The position numbers were made by a program, and so were the translations under genes. 64,000 bases of DNA from contig MU053216.1 in NCBI GenBank assembly GCA_013239625.1, positions 312,001 to 376,000 on the forward strand, written 5' to 3'. A model generated the notes under the pieces. The model searched no databases. It was given only the letters and a program-made list of their open reading frames with translations, and was not told where the DNA came from. Shown here one piece after another: positions 11,276-24,631 of this stretch (position 1 is the stretch's first letter; every line of letters begins with the position of its first letter). This stretch comes from Lama guanicoe. Lineage: Eukaryota.

Positions 11276-13427
11276 AGGGACAGGGATGGGTAGGTGAGGA
11301 TTCCTATTAAGTAAGAGTGAAGAGGAGGCTCCGAAGGAGTCAGTGAAATTAGTGGACTCTAAGAGTCAGGGGGGCGCATGAGTGAGACCATGGCCCCAGA
11401 GGGCAGGACAGGGCTCGGGCGCAGCTATAGAGGACAGGCCATCGGGGCGCTTGGTCGCAGGGAAGCTGGGCTTCTAGTTCCTCTCCTGTTGTTCACGAGT
11501 ACATGCCCGGAGCTCCTGTGAGGCCCTGGGCACTTGCTCACGAAGGAGCTGAGTACCTGAAGGGTCCCTGCAGTGCTATGTGCTCTGTCACAGGTCACAC
11601 AAGTGCACAGGGTGTGAACCGCACCCTGTTTCCCTCTGTTCAAGGCTGGAAGACCACAACTTCTTCAGCAGACACAGTTAAGGAGCTGTGTCAGCATGCC
11701 ACCCAGGGTTAACCACGAGACCGAGGGCGGGAGGACTATTTGAGGACCAACCAGAAACTGAATCATTCAGGGCCCTGCTGTCAGGCAATGCTGATTTTTT
11801 AATACTTCTAAAAACAGAAACACGCCTGCCCCTAGCTGGGACACTCCCCAGGGTAAACTCCTCACGCACAACACAAAACCCTGGAAGAGTCGGGCGACAC
11901 GCAAGACCGCCTCTTGCTGGCTTTTCAAAAGCCCTTATTTCCCACCCAGATTTCAGAGGATGAAAGCTTTCGACTCGCTTTGTTTTCAGCAGTGGTTTTC
12001 CCCCAAGACAAATACTCATTTCCTAGCTCTGTCTTCTCTTCAAAAAAACAAAACAAAACAAAAACAAGAACAAAACAGACCGAGGGAGCCCACCCACTAT
12101 GCCCACGTCTCCAGCGGATGGAAACGCCAGCCCAGCGGAGACTGACCCCTTGCTCAGTGGTCAGAGCACGTGGCCTGGTTCTAAAGCCTGGCTTTGCCTC
12201 TTCCTGGCTGTGACTGTGGGGCACGTTCCAAAATCTACGTGAGTCTTAGTTTTCTTATACGTATTAAGAAAATACTGTTACTCACCTCACAAAGTTAAGA
12301 GGACTAAACGCATCTGGGTACGGGCATATAATAAGCTTTCCAAATACTAATTCTCGGGCCCAACAACCCTTTCATAAATCTGAAGCCAACCTGAGCTCTC
12401 CCTCTGGGGTCACGCCGCTGCCAAAACCGCCCTGCCCACAGCGGGCACTCAGGCTGCCCCGGGCCTCTGGGGGTCCTCGTGCTTTCCTGTGTCTGGTGTC
12501 CATGAGCTCGAGGGCACCTCCTCACTCTGCACTGACCCTTGTGCCTGTGGCTCTCACGTGGAGGACTGCCGCCTGACAGACACGCCTGCACCCTCCCCTA
12601 CGTGACTGCAACCCAAGGGGCTCACTGGAAGTGCATCAGCTGACGCCTCTGCTGCCACCTTCTGGACATGGGGCGTCACTACACAGGGGCTGATTTTCAC
12701 GAGAAACTTGTTTTCCCTAAACACTGATGCCATGCCGGCTCCACAGCAGGTTCTGTGGTGGGAAAGAAGCCAGGCAGAAAGACCTTCAGGAAGCTCCCAG
12801 TGCAGCGGTGTCAGTGACACCAGCCCAAGGACGGAAGAACACTGCAGAGAGAACCCTGGTCTTGGCCAGGGACCAGCCTCGGGCTTGGTCTTGGGAGCTC
12901 TTCTCATGTGAACGGGATTCTGTGCAGAGAAGGGACAGAAGGCCACCCAGAAAGAAAGTTCAGCACAAGCCCCCAGCAGGTCGGGGAAACACCTGGGCTT
13001 TCCACCTGGGTAGGCAGAGCGGCAGCGTGGTCACCAAAGACACAGAACAGAGGAGGAGGAGCGGGGAGGTGGGGCCAGGAGGCGGGGGAGGGCAGCACAG
13101 CCCTGGGCAGGCGGGACCACCACGGGAGGGGGGACAGGGGTTCCCCCAGCCCGACCTGGCGGGCTGTGAATTTCGTCTACAGGCATCCACGATCAATCGG
13201 GAAACGTCTTGTGTGGACGGGAACACATCAGCTCCCGGATTCAACCTGACTGCACACCGCCTGTAGTCAGCAGGCGCCCATCCTGTTCAAAGGCCATGCA
13301 AGGAGCAGTCTACACCCTCACACCTAAACCAGCCTCCCTCCCGTAACTGCCCAAAGTATCTGACAATTTTCTGTTTTACTTACTTACAGTCTATACTTTG
13401 TAACAGTTAAGATGACAAAGATACAAA

Positions 13428-13523
13428 GGGTAGACCTCAGTGGCAGGGCACGTGCTTAGCATGCAGGAGGCTCTGGGTTCCGTCGCCAGTGCTTCCGTTA
13501 AAAACAAAACAAAGAAACAAAAC
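13428..13523 (+). mobile_element. tRNA-derived SINE (Vic-1-like), degenerate
   Basis: ctcagtggcagggcacgtgcttagcatgcaggaggctctgggttcc followed by an aaaac-rich tail. Confidence 0.75.
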
Positions 13524-14799
13524 GGAAGCAGTACACAACCACCACCCGTGCACTTCCAGCCAACTTACGGATAACGTCTCTGGTAACAGCTTCCTCTTAA
13601 AAGAGGTGCGCGTGCCTGCTTGTTGAAATTCTTGACCGTCCTCCACCGCCCGAACGTCTGGGGTGGGCACCACGGGTCAGTTCATTACGAACATGAAGGA
13701 ACACCAGAGAAGTTCCAACTGGTTACTCCGAACGCAGTATCTTATCCTTTCCACCCCCACCCACACCACCAGAACGTGCAACCAGACAGCTTCCTAAAGA
13801 ACCCCCAGGAGAGAGGTGGCCAGAGGGCAGAGACAAGCACCTGCACGTCAGCACCGCCAAGCAGACACTCAAGCTGCTGTTCCCGGCCTCCAGGCCCGGC
13901 GCCCCAGGTGCCCTGCACGGACGCCAGTTGGCCCTCAGACACTGAGGGTGCTAGTCCTGGGGACAGGAAGGCCAACTGCCTGTGCCTCCAATTTCCACAC
14001 GGCCAGGAACAGCAGGGACTCCGCCGCCAGATCAAAGCGTTGCAGGTGAGCACGCCCGTCCGCAGCTTTCCCCAAAGCCCAGTTTTCAACAAACAGGGCC
14101 ACTTAGCGGGCGCCCTCCCACGTTAACCCTACAGCTCGTTCTGTGAGACTGTGCAACTGACCAGCCTTTTCCAACATGGGAAAATCAGCTGTTAAGGGGG
14201 GTGGTGAGGGCACGAAATGTTGGTCCCTCCCACGTGTCACCAGTACTCACGGCTCTAAAAAAGAACCTCTTTATCAGAAGGAGATTAGCTGTAAAAGCCT
14301 GGCTGACACGGGCTGTGGGCGCAGGTGTGAGGTGACGGTCCTTTCACTCTCCAGTGGCAGGGCCGGGCCAGGACGGCATCTATCCTCCCTGGACACCTGT
14401 TAGAGCCGCAGCTCCAACCTGCGAGGTGGCGTGCTGGGGAACTGGTGACAAACATGCTGTCTCCCGAGATGAAGGGGGTGCGTGTTTGACAACAGAAACG
14501 CAGGGAAAGAGAGCCGACTTCTGCGTCCCCGGCCCCTGGTCCCCGCAGTACCTCTCGGCAGGCATCAGGCAGGCACCCGGCCCGCTCAGTGGCCGCATTG
14601 TACCGGTGTCGGTCTCGAGCTTCACGAGGCAGAACTGGCACCCGCTGAGGTGAACCGTTCAGTGGCTTTCGGCGCACTCGGAGCTGGGCAACCAGCGCCA
14701 CAGCCCGTCCTGAAACGTTCCGCTCATCCCAAGGAAAAAGGCCAAGTGCGTGACAGTCACTTCCCACTTAGTGTTTGCTCTTAAATTTTTTTAAGTAAA

Positions 14800-14947
14800 C
14801 TTTTTTCTTTAATTATTTATTAATTTTTAAGGGTTTTTGGGGGGAGGGAATTAGGATTATTTGTTTTTAGAGGAGGTCGTGGGGACGGAACCTGGGCCTC
14901 ACGTGTGCTAAGCACGTGCTCTGCCACCTGAGCTATACCATCCCCCC
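14800..14947 (-). mobile_element. tRNA-derived SINE (Vic-1-like)
   Basis: Reverse complement ggggggatggtatagctcaggtggcagagcacgtgcttagcacacgtgaggcccaggttcc, with the tail seen as T-rich sequence on the plus strand. Confidence 0.8.
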
Positions 14948-15369
14948 GGCTGGTGTTTAAAATACAGAACAAGAGCGTCACTCTCACTGGCTACAGGGCA
15001 CAGACTGCACCAGATTCACACCGTCCCCACCTGCAGGACACACTGAGCCCCCCACGAGGAACGAAGCAGCAGCACCGCCCACACACCTTCTTCTCACCTC
15101 CTTAGTGCTCACTGAGGGGGCTCTGAGGCCTGTTTAGACCATTCACACCAGCGATGCACAGAACCCAGCGGAAGTAACATGGGCACCGTGACCACCTTCA
15201 CATGCGTGCAGTCACAACCAGCAGTGACGAGACGTCCTGACCTCGGGGATCAGGAGACGTGAAAATGTTCTCCCCAGAATCAACACCACCCAACACGTGG
15301 AGTGTGCTAGACAAAAGGAGTCACACAAGCAGTCTGTATGTAGCAGCTAACAGTAACTAGTCAGTAACA

Positions 15370-15750
15370 CAGTGACTCATCACATGAGCACCAGGAGCCT
15401 CCAGCCCTGTGCAGGGAGGGCGCTGCTACATATAGCTCACAGCTGCCATATATAGCTCACGCTCCTCCTGCGCACGTCGGCTGGGAGGAGGGAGAACTAC
15501 TCCCGCCAGGAGGGAAGAGCTGGGTGAGACCAGCATGGCCAGCCGTAGCCTTTCAGTCATGGAGAGAAAACGCTGTTTCAGAGAAAAACCAAGCGAGGTG
15601 GGAAGAGCCTGCAGGACCTCATCTCGAGAGACTTTCTGAGCTGACACCTGCCTTGTCTTTAGCTTGGAGACACAGAGATGCGTCAAAGGACATTAAAAGA
15701 CCGTGACTCAGAGTTTAATCACTTGGTTTAAATTTCTAACATTCCAAAGA
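15370..15750. promoter_or_regulatory. Candidate muscle-type enhancer motif cluster
   Basis: E-box CAGCTG 15440-15445 abutting CArG-like CCATATATAG 15446-15455; AP-1 TGACTCA at 15373-15379 and 15704-15710; MCAT/TEAD-like CATTCCA 15740-15746. Confidence 0.35.
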
Positions 15751-18700
15751 TGATGCCAAATTAATCTGCGGTCAGCTTCACGTTAGAATCACGACCAAGC
15801 TTACAAAGACCCCCAGGGCCTCTAGCAGGTCGAGGTGTGAGGTATCCATGCTCAGAGCTGACGCTCCCTGACCAAGCAGAGCAGGTCGCACATGCGCGCC
15901 TGGGCCAGACAAATAATTTCAGCTTTTGTAGAGAAAATCTATTCCAACCATTTCTATGAGAAAAGAAAGGGCGCCAATAAGAAGGAAGATGTAAATCTCA
16001 GGGCTGGAGCAGGGGGAGGGAGGACAGGGTGAGAGTCAGAGGTGGAACCGCTCGGACCAGAGAGCAGCCGCCAAGGACTGTTTACAACGTGCTGCCAGGG
16101 AAAACCTGGAGCTCCAGACCAGAAGCCGTGAAGTTCTGTGACAGCTGCTGGCTGCCCTGACGCCGCGGTGGGGGCACCTGCCAGCCAGCCAGCCAGCCAG
16201 CCAGCCTGGATAATCGCATGGCCCGCAGTCTCCACAGCGCCCGGGAAGATCCACAAAGGGGTGGCAGTGACTCAGCTGCCATGAAGGGAGAGGCGACTGC
16301 GTTCCAGGCTACAGACCCAGATGGCGCAGCCCCTGAACCAGAACCTTCTCTGAAATCCAAAAGACAAAAAGGTCAGGGAGTTCAATGAGGAGGAAACAGG
16401 CCTGGGTTTTGGTCTCCACTGTGCCTGACTTGAGGTGTGAGGTTAGGCAAACCACTGCATGTGCTAAGGGCCTCAGTGTTTCCATCTGTAAAATGGGGCC
16501 TAACTCCTACCCTTTCCCTCCTGTGAAAGGAACACATCTGGGTGCAGGGGAGAAAGAGAAATGAAAGGAAAGAAAGGAACTCTGTAAATCCAGGACTGTG
16601 CCCTTCTCAGAAGTCCTGCCCTGAGCTCACCTGCAAACCTTCAACCTCTTGACTTCGGTGCTTACACTTCAGTGACTGTGGCCATCTTCAGAGATCTGAA
16701 TCCTAAGAGAGTCTTGTCCCTAGAGTCAATTTTTTTTTCAAGCTCTCCTGCTGTCCCCCACCGTCATTACAGTAATACTTCCTCACTTTGGAACTTTGGA
16801 AACTACAGGAAAAAAGTTAAAATAAAATAAAAATTACCCATAACCCTTCAGAAAAATCTAGTGGTAACCGTTCCAAGTTGATCATGATTTGGTGCCACAA
16901 CACAATCCTTCTGTCTTCTGCTGAGGATATGACTGCCTGCAGGGCATAAAGCAGAGCCCAGTCACCACGCTTCCCCTCTCCCAACAAAACGGCCTCAGAC
17001 AGGAAAGCCAGTTGCGCAAACTGAGGCTGAGGCCCATGCCAAGCGCACAGGCCCAGTCCCACTGCGAGCGGACATCCCCTCTGAGATGCCTTTTCCATCG
17101 CTCAGGTCCTGCTGTGGCCAGTGTAGAGGCCCACTCAACCCGAGGCTGACTGTCCTGGGACACGGGCTTCAGGCCTCCATTCCGGCTGCCAGCAGAAGCC
17201 ACAGTGCCTCCGCGGGGAGCAGACCCAGACCCAGAGGACCCTGCGGGGAGAGGAACCAGCACCACACATGTTCTTCCAGAAGGAAAATGTACTTGTTTTC
17301 AAAACACGTGATCCTTTCTTTCAGCGTGTGTTTGTCTGAAGGAGAAACGAAACAGCTTTAATTCTGTAAAGGCTTAACTGATCTGTTTCATCTGACCAGG
17401 TCATTCCCCAGCTGAACGGTCCACAGCTCTGAGAACAGAAATGCAAGATTCTCAGCACAGCACAGACAAAACCTGCAGATGTGGCCCCTGCCCGCCTCTC
17501 CAGCTCCACATCTCCAAGGTTCACCCAGTGGGACAGCAGTCAGGTTTCCGAGAAAACCACCACAACAAACGCTGTGAGGTGGACACAGAACTGTGGAAAA
17601 CGCTGCGAATTCTAACCGCCCCTCTTCAGGAGAGGAGCGAGGCTGCCGTTTGGAGTAGCCCTGTGTCCCTGGGTTCAGCCCATTTTCACAGCTCCACGTG
17701 GCCACGGGTGCCTGCCTCCTTGCTCTGCGTCTACCCCACACAGGGCACTGCGGAGTCGCTGCCCGGCCTGACCTGCCCCGGCTCGGCACCACCTCCTGTT
17801 CCACCCATGGCAAGCCCAGCCCCAGGGCCCTGCCGGTCACCCTCCCCACCACCCTGCCCCACCCATGCAGGCGCCCCTCCCCTGCCCCCATAGCCGCCTA
17901 CACGGACCCGGCACTGCAGTGGTTCCCACGACAGACCTTGCACCCTGAACACCTCTGTGCCTCTACGTGCTTGCCAGACGCCTCATGCACGTGGGTCCCC
18001 ACTTCAGTGGAGCTCTACGCACATACAACACCACATGTGCAGAACCTTCTCTCTCAGGAATGACCCTTGATGTATTTAACCTAACTTCCTACAGACGTGT
18101 CCATCTTCAGCACAACTAGTCACTTTTAATTACTGTCACCCGTTTAAATCAGTCTGAGGCTTCTGTCCTGCGTTCAGAAGTTGTCGCATGCTCGTCTGCG
18201 TCTGTTCCCTCCTCCTCTCGGTGAGTCATCTTCTCAGCGTTTATGATGTTCTGTGTGAGTTTGGTTTTGGTGAGGAACTGTTTTACAGGAATGCCTCTAT
18301 GTAGGGTGTCGATGAGTTTCTTCAAGATGGTTTTGAATTTGCTTTTGCCATGCTGGCTCCAGGGCTTCAAGAGTATAGACCCAGTTTCTCTGTTAAGTTC
18401 TTGGTCTGGGATTTCCAAACTGTCTGGGCGGCAAACATCTCCCATAAAGATCCTCTGTGACTGTGCAGGCCCCTGACACTCCTCCGGGCCGCGGGCAGTG
18501 CTTTGAGAATTCCAGCTTCACGCAGGTTCCCGGGTGCAGACCCCAGTCCGGTCAGGCCCTAAGTCAAGCTTCTTGCCCCCACGTGGCATCAGGATCTGCG
18601 CCTCGGACTCCACAGCCCGCAGCACAGGTTTGGTGCCACTCGGGCTGCACAAACCAGTCTGGCCCTTGCGGTCTCTTCCGCCTTGTCACTGAGGAGCTCC

Positions 18701-18984
18701 CTGCCATTTCCCCACGTTGTAAAACGGGTCCTTGTGAGCCCACCCGCCAGGCTGCTGGAATCACTCCTTTGAACAGAGCTTGGGGCTCTCCCTTCCCTCC
18801 GTCTCCTCCCCACGGCCTCCACGCTAGCCACTGCCCCTTCTCACACACGTCCTGCAACGGCTCCTTCTGCCATCACACCCACTCCTGTCCACTCTCCCCC
18901 CAACTCATGTGCAGTAGGGCAACCAGCTCAAAAGCCAGAATTTTTTTAAAAATGTAAGCCAGATCAGGTTATTTTTTTTGCCTA

Positions 18985-19460
18985 AAATCGTCTACTGGCA
19001 TATGACCCAGAAACTCCACTCCTAGGTGGATACCTAAGGGAAGTGAAAACACGTGTCCACACGAAAACTTGAACGTGAATGTTCATAGCAACGTTCTTCA
19101 CACAGTCAAAAGGCAGAAAGAGTCCAAATGTCCACCAAACAAACGCAGTGCCTCGATCCATGACATGGTGCCTGGCGACGACAGTGGGCACAGCCCTGGT
19201 GTGCTGCAGCCCGGATGACGCTGGACAACATCACACGAGGTAAAGGCAGCCAGCCACACATGACCGCACACTGGTTCCACCCACATGAAACGTCCAGAAA
19301 GGCAAATCTACAGAAACAGAAGGCAGGTGAGGGGTTGCTTAGACCCCGGGGTGGGGGGACGGGGTTGTTTTTAAGGGGGTGGCAATGCTCCACGACGGAC
19401 TGTGGCAGTGGGTACACAACTCGGAGCCTGCAGCACTCCCAGTGCGTGAACGGCGCCTTC
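18985..19460 (+). mobile_element. L1 (L1MB/MC-like) 3' fragment, apparently inserted in an L2 relic
   Basis: catatgacccagaaactccactcctaggtggatacc...gaatgttcatagcaacg...ccaaatgtccacc, a classic L1 3' segment. Confidence 0.75.
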
Positions 19461-21499
19461 GGAGAGCCGGTCGAACCCTCTCCGGGGGCTCGTCACAGCT
19501 CCGAGCACACAAACCCCAACTCCCCGCCACGGCTGTAAGGCCGCGTGACAGAGCCTCCTCGGGCTCCTGCCCTGCACCTCTGCCCGCCAGCCACAGCGTC
19601 TTCCTGGGTCTCTCCAAAGGGTCCCCGCCTGGAGCGCTCAGCCCTCCTCTCCCGCAGCGGCTGTCTGACCTACAGCCCTCTCAGAACACTCCCCCTGGCC
19701 CCCAGGAGAAGGGAAGTCTCCAGTCGGCAGGCCTTCTGGAATGAGCTGTCACAACAGCTCACAGTGTGTCTCCGAGCACAGCGTCTGTGTGCCGCTGTCC
19801 CTCCCGGGCACAGGGACCGTGTGCTGCTCAGGCTGCACCCTCTGGGCCTGTCCCCGCCCCGGCGACGGTGCACGTCAAGGGACCGCGTGGGATGGCGCTC
19901 TGTCCCACGCGTCCCAGTTACTTGGCCTGTGCATCGTCCTATTTACTTTATCATCTAACAGTTACTGTTTATTATCCGACAAATAGCCAAGCTCTGTCCA
20001 TCCTGTGCCATGCCCAGAATGTGCTCTTCTCAACACACCACGTCCATACTGTAATTCGTCAGTTCCTCGACTCAGCTCTTTCACTCTCATATTTCCTCAG
20101 TGTGACACCTGGCACATAGCTGCTGCTCAGTACGTACTCGTGGGCTGAGTAAGACTCCCACCACAAGGTCACAGTCCGGAGCAGGTGCTGTCTGACTGGC
20201 CACAGGCTACAAAATTTCCAGAAGACGGGAACCAGATCTCTAGGTTTCTCTTAACAAAGATTCACACAACTGAATCTGATCAAGAACCTGGCCTACCCAT
20301 CCTTCCGGGGACCAAGATCTTAAATTTAACTCACTTCACTCGTCCAGGCTCAGGGTTCTTTTAAGGGGGTTTTCCCAGCCAGTGAAAGACTACTTTTGCA
20401 TTTAGTTTCTAGATAAAACTAACAGTATCTACATTACATCTGAACTATCAAATACATAAACATTAGACATTTAAAGCTGATTCACTAAAATTTCCCTGGC
20501 TAGAAGCCTATTAAAAGATGACAGCTGTTGGCTCTGCAATCTATTAGCCCATAAAATGGAATTTTTTCAATTTTTATGTAAAGAAATTTTTTCAAAAAGG
20601 AAGGAAAAGAAAGGACTAAGAAAAACACTGCTTTTTTAACTTCCATTTCTTCTCAAACTTATGTCTTAGAGCTGTCTTTATAACAAACACACATCTGAAC
20701 AGTTTAACTCGTTGTATTTGGAGATGACAAGATCCTTTGATGTGTTACACACACACACTAACAAATACATTGTCTCTTTCCTTTGGATATTCAAAATAAA
20801 ATGAAGTCAAATCGACATCTAAATTTTGGTAAAATTTCACCTCTTCTTCTAGTCTTAAACGGGGATGATTATGGCCTCAGTCTGCGAGTTGATCTGATAC
20901 TCCCAAATGGAATGCATTCTATTTTCAAGTCGTCTTCAGGTGGAGGAACCCGCCCATTCTCCTTGGTCACATCTTCCAAGGTCTCGTAATCCTGACTCCG
21001 CTTCTGCCCCGAGTCCCTCCAGGGCCAACGCACGATGCTGTCTCACAGTCCCTCCCTAACGAGCCTGCACACAACCAGCCTTCCACACGTCAGCCGCACC
21101 GCTGGCCTCCCACACTCGTCTCAAGTCAGCTGGAGCTTCCACCCGGCTCTGCTCTCGGAGCCCCCCCCACTGCTCTCCTTTGCTGCCAGAAGCCACCCTA
21201 GACCACCCAGAACAAAACCAAAGATCCTTCTCTGTGCTCAGGCTCTGCTTCACAAGACGGGGAAATAAGGCCTGCCAGGGGTCTCTCTTCCAAGACAACA
21301 GAGGGAGAAATGCCTGTATCCACAACAGAGTAAGTGGCTGCGCTACATAACCAGAAACAATTAAGATGGCCACCGAAACGCCCCCAGAGGCAAAACACAA
21401 ACCCTAAGCTGTGAAGCATCTGAGGCTGGGGGACACTTCACACCCCTCCTTCACCCCCACGTCAAAGCAGAACCCACCAATGAAACAGCCCTAGCACAC

Positions 21500-21682
21500 C
21501 TCCGCCTCTCCCTGGCTTCCGCAGAGGAGTCCGTCCCCGGAGCTGGGAGCAGAGTAGCAGCTGTAACCCCACTGGCAGAGCTGGGTGGGGGGCGGTTAGT
21601 GATCACACAGAGCGGGGTGCTGAGGGGGACGCCGTCTGCGGTCTTCTCTGCTGCCGGGTCAGCCCGGGGTCTGTACGGAGCC
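21500..21682 (-). CDS. PPP1R12B: MYPT2 coding exon 13, 183 nt
   Basis: tttcag|G GCT CCG...CGG AG|gtgtg; APYRPRADPAAEKTADGVPLSTPLCVITNRPPPSSASGVTAATLLPAPGTDSSAEARERR(R). Confidence 0.95.
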
Positions 21683-23049
21683 CTGAAATCAGAAAAGGCA
21701 GAGCAGAGAGAATGGTCACGGGCGCCACACAGCAAAGCGCCAGCACAGAGACGGGGGCCTCCAGACCGGCTAGGCCAGAGCAGCTTCTGGCTCAGATTTT
21801 ATCTGTAGTTGATTTGTTTTCTTAATTCTGAGCTCTTAAATCTTGGAACAGCGATTACACTTCCAGCCTGACATCTTCTGCCTGAGGAGTTATGTTTTAT
21901 GAAATTTTTTTAACTTGAGATCTTAAAAAAAAAAAATTTTTTTTAATTAGCTGAGACACAAGGCAAGATAGTGACACATGCAAGAGCGCGTAAGTGACTC
22001 CTGAGACCAGCTGGCCTCACACACACACACGAGCCAGGCCCTCACACGCGAAGACGACACCGAGGTCACTTACGATCCCAGGCAGCCAGAGTCCCCACGG
22101 CGGCCCTCAGCCTAGACCGGACGACCGTCCTCTGGGCTTACCAGAGGTGCTGGACAAGTGCCCTGCAACCTCAGCGCGTCAGCCCTCCCCCACCCAGCCT
22201 GGCCACCGCTCGCCTTCCACGGAACTGAAGCCTGACTGTCTACATTCATGGCTGCAGACAGGAGAGATGGAAATGAAAACTAACAGGGTTCTAATGCAGC
22301 CTTAACCACAGACTCTCCAGCGCAAGCTGCACAACTCAACTCATTCACGTGGAAACAAGACCTCTGTTTCTTAACAAAGAGTCAAGAGCAACCATTGGCT
22401 CTCCACCCAAAAAGCTGCCGTTTGTGATGTCACAGCTTGTTGCCAGGTAACAGAGACCCAAAACTGATACTCAGAGACGGGAGACGCAATGACAGTAATG
22501 AATGCTAAAAATCTGTTTCTTCCACCTACTTAAAACTATCAGAAGTGCTTATAAGTAGCTATAAACTCACTTTCAAATAATCATATTGTCATAATAAGCT
22601 TGCAATAATTAATTAGATCATAAAAATCTACATACAGAACCTGGATGCAAGTATAAAGATAGCAGTTTTGAAGCGGCATCTAAACAACACAGGCCACTTC
22701 TCCAGAAGCATTAAAACTCAGAAAAAGGCGAGATTTTGCATTCATTGTTTAATTTAAATTTCTGAGTTATTAATTTAAAATGCAATTCTTAAGACCTGTA
22801 AGACATATGAACCTATAGAAAGCACTAATAAAATCAGCCACAAACAAAGGAGCAGAACAGGAGAAGCCCTAGAGCAGGGCTCACAGGCTCCGGAAGCACC
22901 TGGGCTAACCCCTCTGCCGCCCTCACCTGTGAAGTGGGGGTGACGAAGCGTAAAACAGAGATCCTGCCGTGATGAAAGAAAACAGCGTCTGTGGACACCG
23001 AGTATCGTGCCGGAATAAAATGCAAACTCAGTGGAAGCAAGCAGTGAAG

Positions 23050-23220
23050 CAGAAAAGAACCCTGAAACAGACAGACCCAGGCCCAAATCCCGCCTCAGTC
23101 CCCCGCCAGCTGTGTGACCTCGGGCAGAGCATCCAGTTCTGGCCTCAGTTTCCTCACCCGTGAAATGAGAGCGACGCTTCCTACACTGGAGGGCTCTCTG
23201 TGACTGTAAGGCAGGTGTGT
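23050..23220 (+). mobile_element. MIR SINE (representative; similar MIR-like relics near 4215-4330, 12160-12340, 16400-16520, 32420-32600, 33830-34000, 59165-59400)
   Basis: MIR core ccagctgtgtgacctcgggcag...ggcctcagtttcctcacccgtgaaatg. Confidence 0.7.
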
Positions 23221-24631
23221 CTACGCCATAGTCTTGTCCTTTCCCCCTTCCTGCAGAACCGTGTTAGTCAGGGCACCAGTGCCCCTGGTTAAAAATCCCC
23301 ATTCTCCAAAGTCTCCTGGCCGCTGGACATGGCCAGTGAAACAAAGCAGAAAATCAGTGCTTTGGGGGAAATCCCCTGTTCAGCGGCATTCCTTCTTTGC
23401 ATACTCTCCCCGTTCCTCCTCCTTCCTGCCTAGAATGCAGCCATGATGGCTAGAACTCTGGCAGCTATTCTGGACCATGAGGCAGCCCACAGAAATGGAA
23501 GCCACAGTCTAAACACCAAGCAGCAGAAAGACAGAAGCACAGGGACCCTCCGATGCCTCTGGAGCTGCGTGCCAGCCCTGCTGCTCCGGACTGTCTTGAG
23601 CGAGAGGCGAAAAGTAACCTTTGTTGCATTTAAGTCCTCCTTGCTAGGGTTTACTGTCGTGTGGGGGTGAGCCACTGCTGACATAACTTCCATGGGCACC
23701 TGAGCCGTGCCCAGCACATCCTGGGGCCCCCCAAGTGCAGCTGCAAGTGCCCCCCAAGTCAGTCACCTCTGTGATTCAGCTTCTCCGCCTATGGGGACAC
23801 CACTGACCATGCCACAGATCACCGTGAGGCCCTAACGCACCGGCACACAGTCACCTAGCATTATTACAAGCAATCCACCACAAGCTACGGCTCCCGGACA
23901 AAGGAGTGGTTGCCACTTGTCTCAGGAACAGGAGTCCAGGAGCCGACAAGTACCTGTCAGGCACTTGTCAGCGGAGCTCCCGCAGCAACCCTGTCCTCAT
24001 GAACGTGCTTCTCTCTGGCTCAGTCGTAGGCATGGGGCCCAGAAGAGGAGTCCCCCAACAGCAGCCACATGTGAAATGGCCTCTGACCACATTAAACCCC
24101 AGGCACGGCCGCCTGGAGCTCTGCCCCACTCCACAGGGACAAGCTGCCCCTCCCACCCCCAGGGTGGGTGGGGAACCAGGAGGGAGCTACCCAGGAACAG
24201 GGTCCAGACAGACAGACAGACATAGATCTCTTCCTTCCTCTGTGTGCCCAGCAAGGCAACTCATCACTGGGAGTCCCCAGGAGCCTCTGGAACAAGAGTT
24301 AGTTTTCCTTCTGATTTGAATTTGAATGCCAACTTCCAAAAGGACCAAAGAGAAGGATTCCTACTGAGTTACTGGACGTTGACACAGTGACACACAGGAC
24401 ACTTGTAAGACGTGATCTGCCACAACAGGACCACCCTCAAGGAGTAATCGCAGCTGGGCGGGTCACTGAGAGCCGGGAGCAGCGTGTCGAGCCGATGCCT
24501 CAACGCGGCCCACGACCATCCAACGAGCCACCGCTGACGGAGCGACAAGAGTGAAGAAGAAGCACCCTTGTGAAATCACGGCCATTTTCACAGGCGCTCG
24601 GTCAGCCCCAGATGTGCTTCCAGACGCACCA

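Noticed and set aside
20873..20992. Protein-like minus-strand peptide DYETLEDVTKENGRVPPPEDDLKIECIPF
   Set aside because: No polypyrimidine acceptor or start codon, and it adjoins L2-like sequence
1..21499. PPP1R12B exon 14 (SYLTPVRDEE...RRSTQ) or later exons
   Set aside because: Not found by eye on the minus strand; they presumably lie beyond the window start
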